Shown here: positions 62,742 through 64,000 of the stretch, piece after piece | Layout: each line of letters starts with the position of its first letter | Numbering within the stretch: position 1 is the stretch's first letter | Source of the DNA: Selaginella moellendorffii | Lineage: Eukaryota; Plantae; Lycopodiophyta | Reading direction: 5' to 3' | DNA: 64,000 nt | Assembly (NCBI RefSeq): GCF_000143415.4 | Contig: NW_003314358.1 | Span: forward strand, 444,731-508,730 | Notes under the pieces: model-generated | The model's input: only the letters and a program-made list of their open reading frames with translations | What the model was told of the DNA's origin: nothing | Databases searched by the model: none | Made by a program: the position numbers and the translations under genes

Positions 62742-63572
62742 AAAGTCAAGGCCACCTCTTGGTTGGTGGCAAATAACGGGCTGCCGGTAGGACAGCGGTT
62801 CCAGGAAGAAGCATGCCGACGGTGCAAGGAGTGTGGCGAGCTGGAGACAGCGCGACATGTCCTATGGGAATGCGACGTGGCGAGAGAAGTATGGTGACAG
62901 ATCTTCAAGGCGACGCAGGAACTCGGAGACATTCCAGAGTTTGAGGCTCAAAGTGGGGATATCCTCCACTGGTTTGAGGGAGCTAGAGGTCCAGCCATTG
63001 GTCCAACTTGGAGGTGTATTCGTTGCTACGGACAACACCGATGGAACATGTGAGTCCGATGGGACGTGACAGGGGCTGAAGTTGGGATGTCCATCTGGGA
63101 GGCGTTGGGCCAGGAGCGCTGGTCCATTTGGAGGGCAACAGGAGTGCAGGCACTCTGGGAGGCGCGGAACCACTGTTGCTTTGATGGGCAACAAGCGAGA
63201 ATATCGGCAGTGGTGGCATCATGGTGGAGACTCACTCTTGCAGCGGTGCGTCTTCACTACACCATCCTAAAAGAGCGGGCGAAACCGTGGCAGCTCGAGG
63301 AGTGGAGATCTAGGTGGCTCCCATGCTTCGGCAAATTGGGAGGTGGTGAGATTCGCTGGCAATGGCGCCCCCCAGACTCTGTTCTAAGGTCAGCTCGTGG
63401 GGGAGACTTGGACATCAACATGATTCGCTCGAGACGACCACGTCCACTTCTACTCTAGGACTAGGTCTAGCTGTGACATATGAGGATCACGTAGAGTAGC
63501 TCATTGAGAGGGCGGCATGCCCAGTTTTTGTATTAGTCCCATTGGGACATGGGGAATGTACATACACGTTCA
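62742..63572 (+). mobile_element. 5'-truncated L1-type LINE inserted in the 3' LTR of A
   Basis: zf-RVT-like NGLPVG..CKECGELETARHVLWECDVAREVW and WRATGVQALWEARNHCCFDG. 17-bp TSD GCGAATGTAACTTTGGG (62725-62741) / GCGAATATAATTTTGGG (63573-63589). Confidence 0.88.
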
Positions 63573-64000
63573 GCGAATATAATTTTGGGTATCGAAAGTT
63601 ACTTGTTGGCTAGTCCTTATGGACACTCTTTTCTTACTGCCACGACGGCAGGAGGTCAGTATTGTTGACCCTTTATCAGTCCCTCTTGTGCTAATGGAGT
63701 TAACTGGGCATTTCGAGTGTATTTAAACCGGACGAACATAAGGACAGAATTCCTACGTGTTATTAGCTAAGTATACTTAGCTCGGTAAGGAGTTCCCATC
63801 TCGTTATGTCTTGCACTGGCTAATGACAAGAACCCTTGTGTATTGAGATTAGTCCCTTAATATCGCTAGATGATAGCTTACCATGTCTGCCAAACACCCT
63901 TGCTATAATGCCTTTATGTTAGTCTCATTTCAGTCTCAAATGCTAATTATGGAAAGTGTTTGCTAATTATGGAAAGTGTTTAGATTCACTCATTTGGCAT

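Larger units (their letters stand above)
34973..64000 (+). mobile_element. LARD-like non-coding LTR retrotransposon A (host of the nest; 3' LTR runs off the window)
   Basis: 5' LTR 34973-36114 (TGTCACGAATG...CACTACA) and degenerate Met-PBS TGGTATTAAAG at 36117. Internal pieces 36115-39552, 46439-46642, 54194-54221 and 61515-62720 are co-linear with A'. PPT GGGGGGGAGAG to 62720, 3' LTR from 62721. Confidence 0.88.

Noticed and set aside
63941-63980. 20-bp tandem duplication TGCTAATTATGGAAAGTGTT x2
   Set aside because: Trivial local duplication within an LTR.

Overview
Eukaryotic land-plant nuclear DNA, most likely the lycophyte Selaginella. This is an inference from the intronless GC-rich PPR genes, the short E-like PPR tail and the compact gene/TE mosaic. 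The left half (1-34.5 kb) holds a glutamyl-tRNA reductase (HEMA) pseudogene and a Helitron helicase remnant. It also has a ~3.3 kb dispersed duplication of a P-class PPR gene plus a small DRM1/ARP gene, in which one PPR copy decayed by many small deletions. A tRNA-Ile(AAT) sits 76 nt upstream of the intact PPR gene, and an 832-aa PLS-class PPR gene follows. A 14 kb stretch carries three unrelated families of small secreted Cys-containing proteins: an AT-rich unknown family (3 copies), a MiAMP1-like protein behind a tandem promoter array, and a Gly/Cys-rich peptide family (3 copies, one split by a hAT element with an 8-bp TSD). The right half (34.5-64 kb) is a resolvable nest of retroelements. 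A non-coding LARD-like LTR element (A) is inserted in an older family-B LTR. A contains a Ty3/gypsy chromovirus (C, TSD TTAGT), a minisatellite-LTR element (B, TSD TTATC), an inverted copy of its own family (A', TSD ATTGT) and a 5'-truncated LINE in its 3' LTR. All calls were made by eye; no searches were run.
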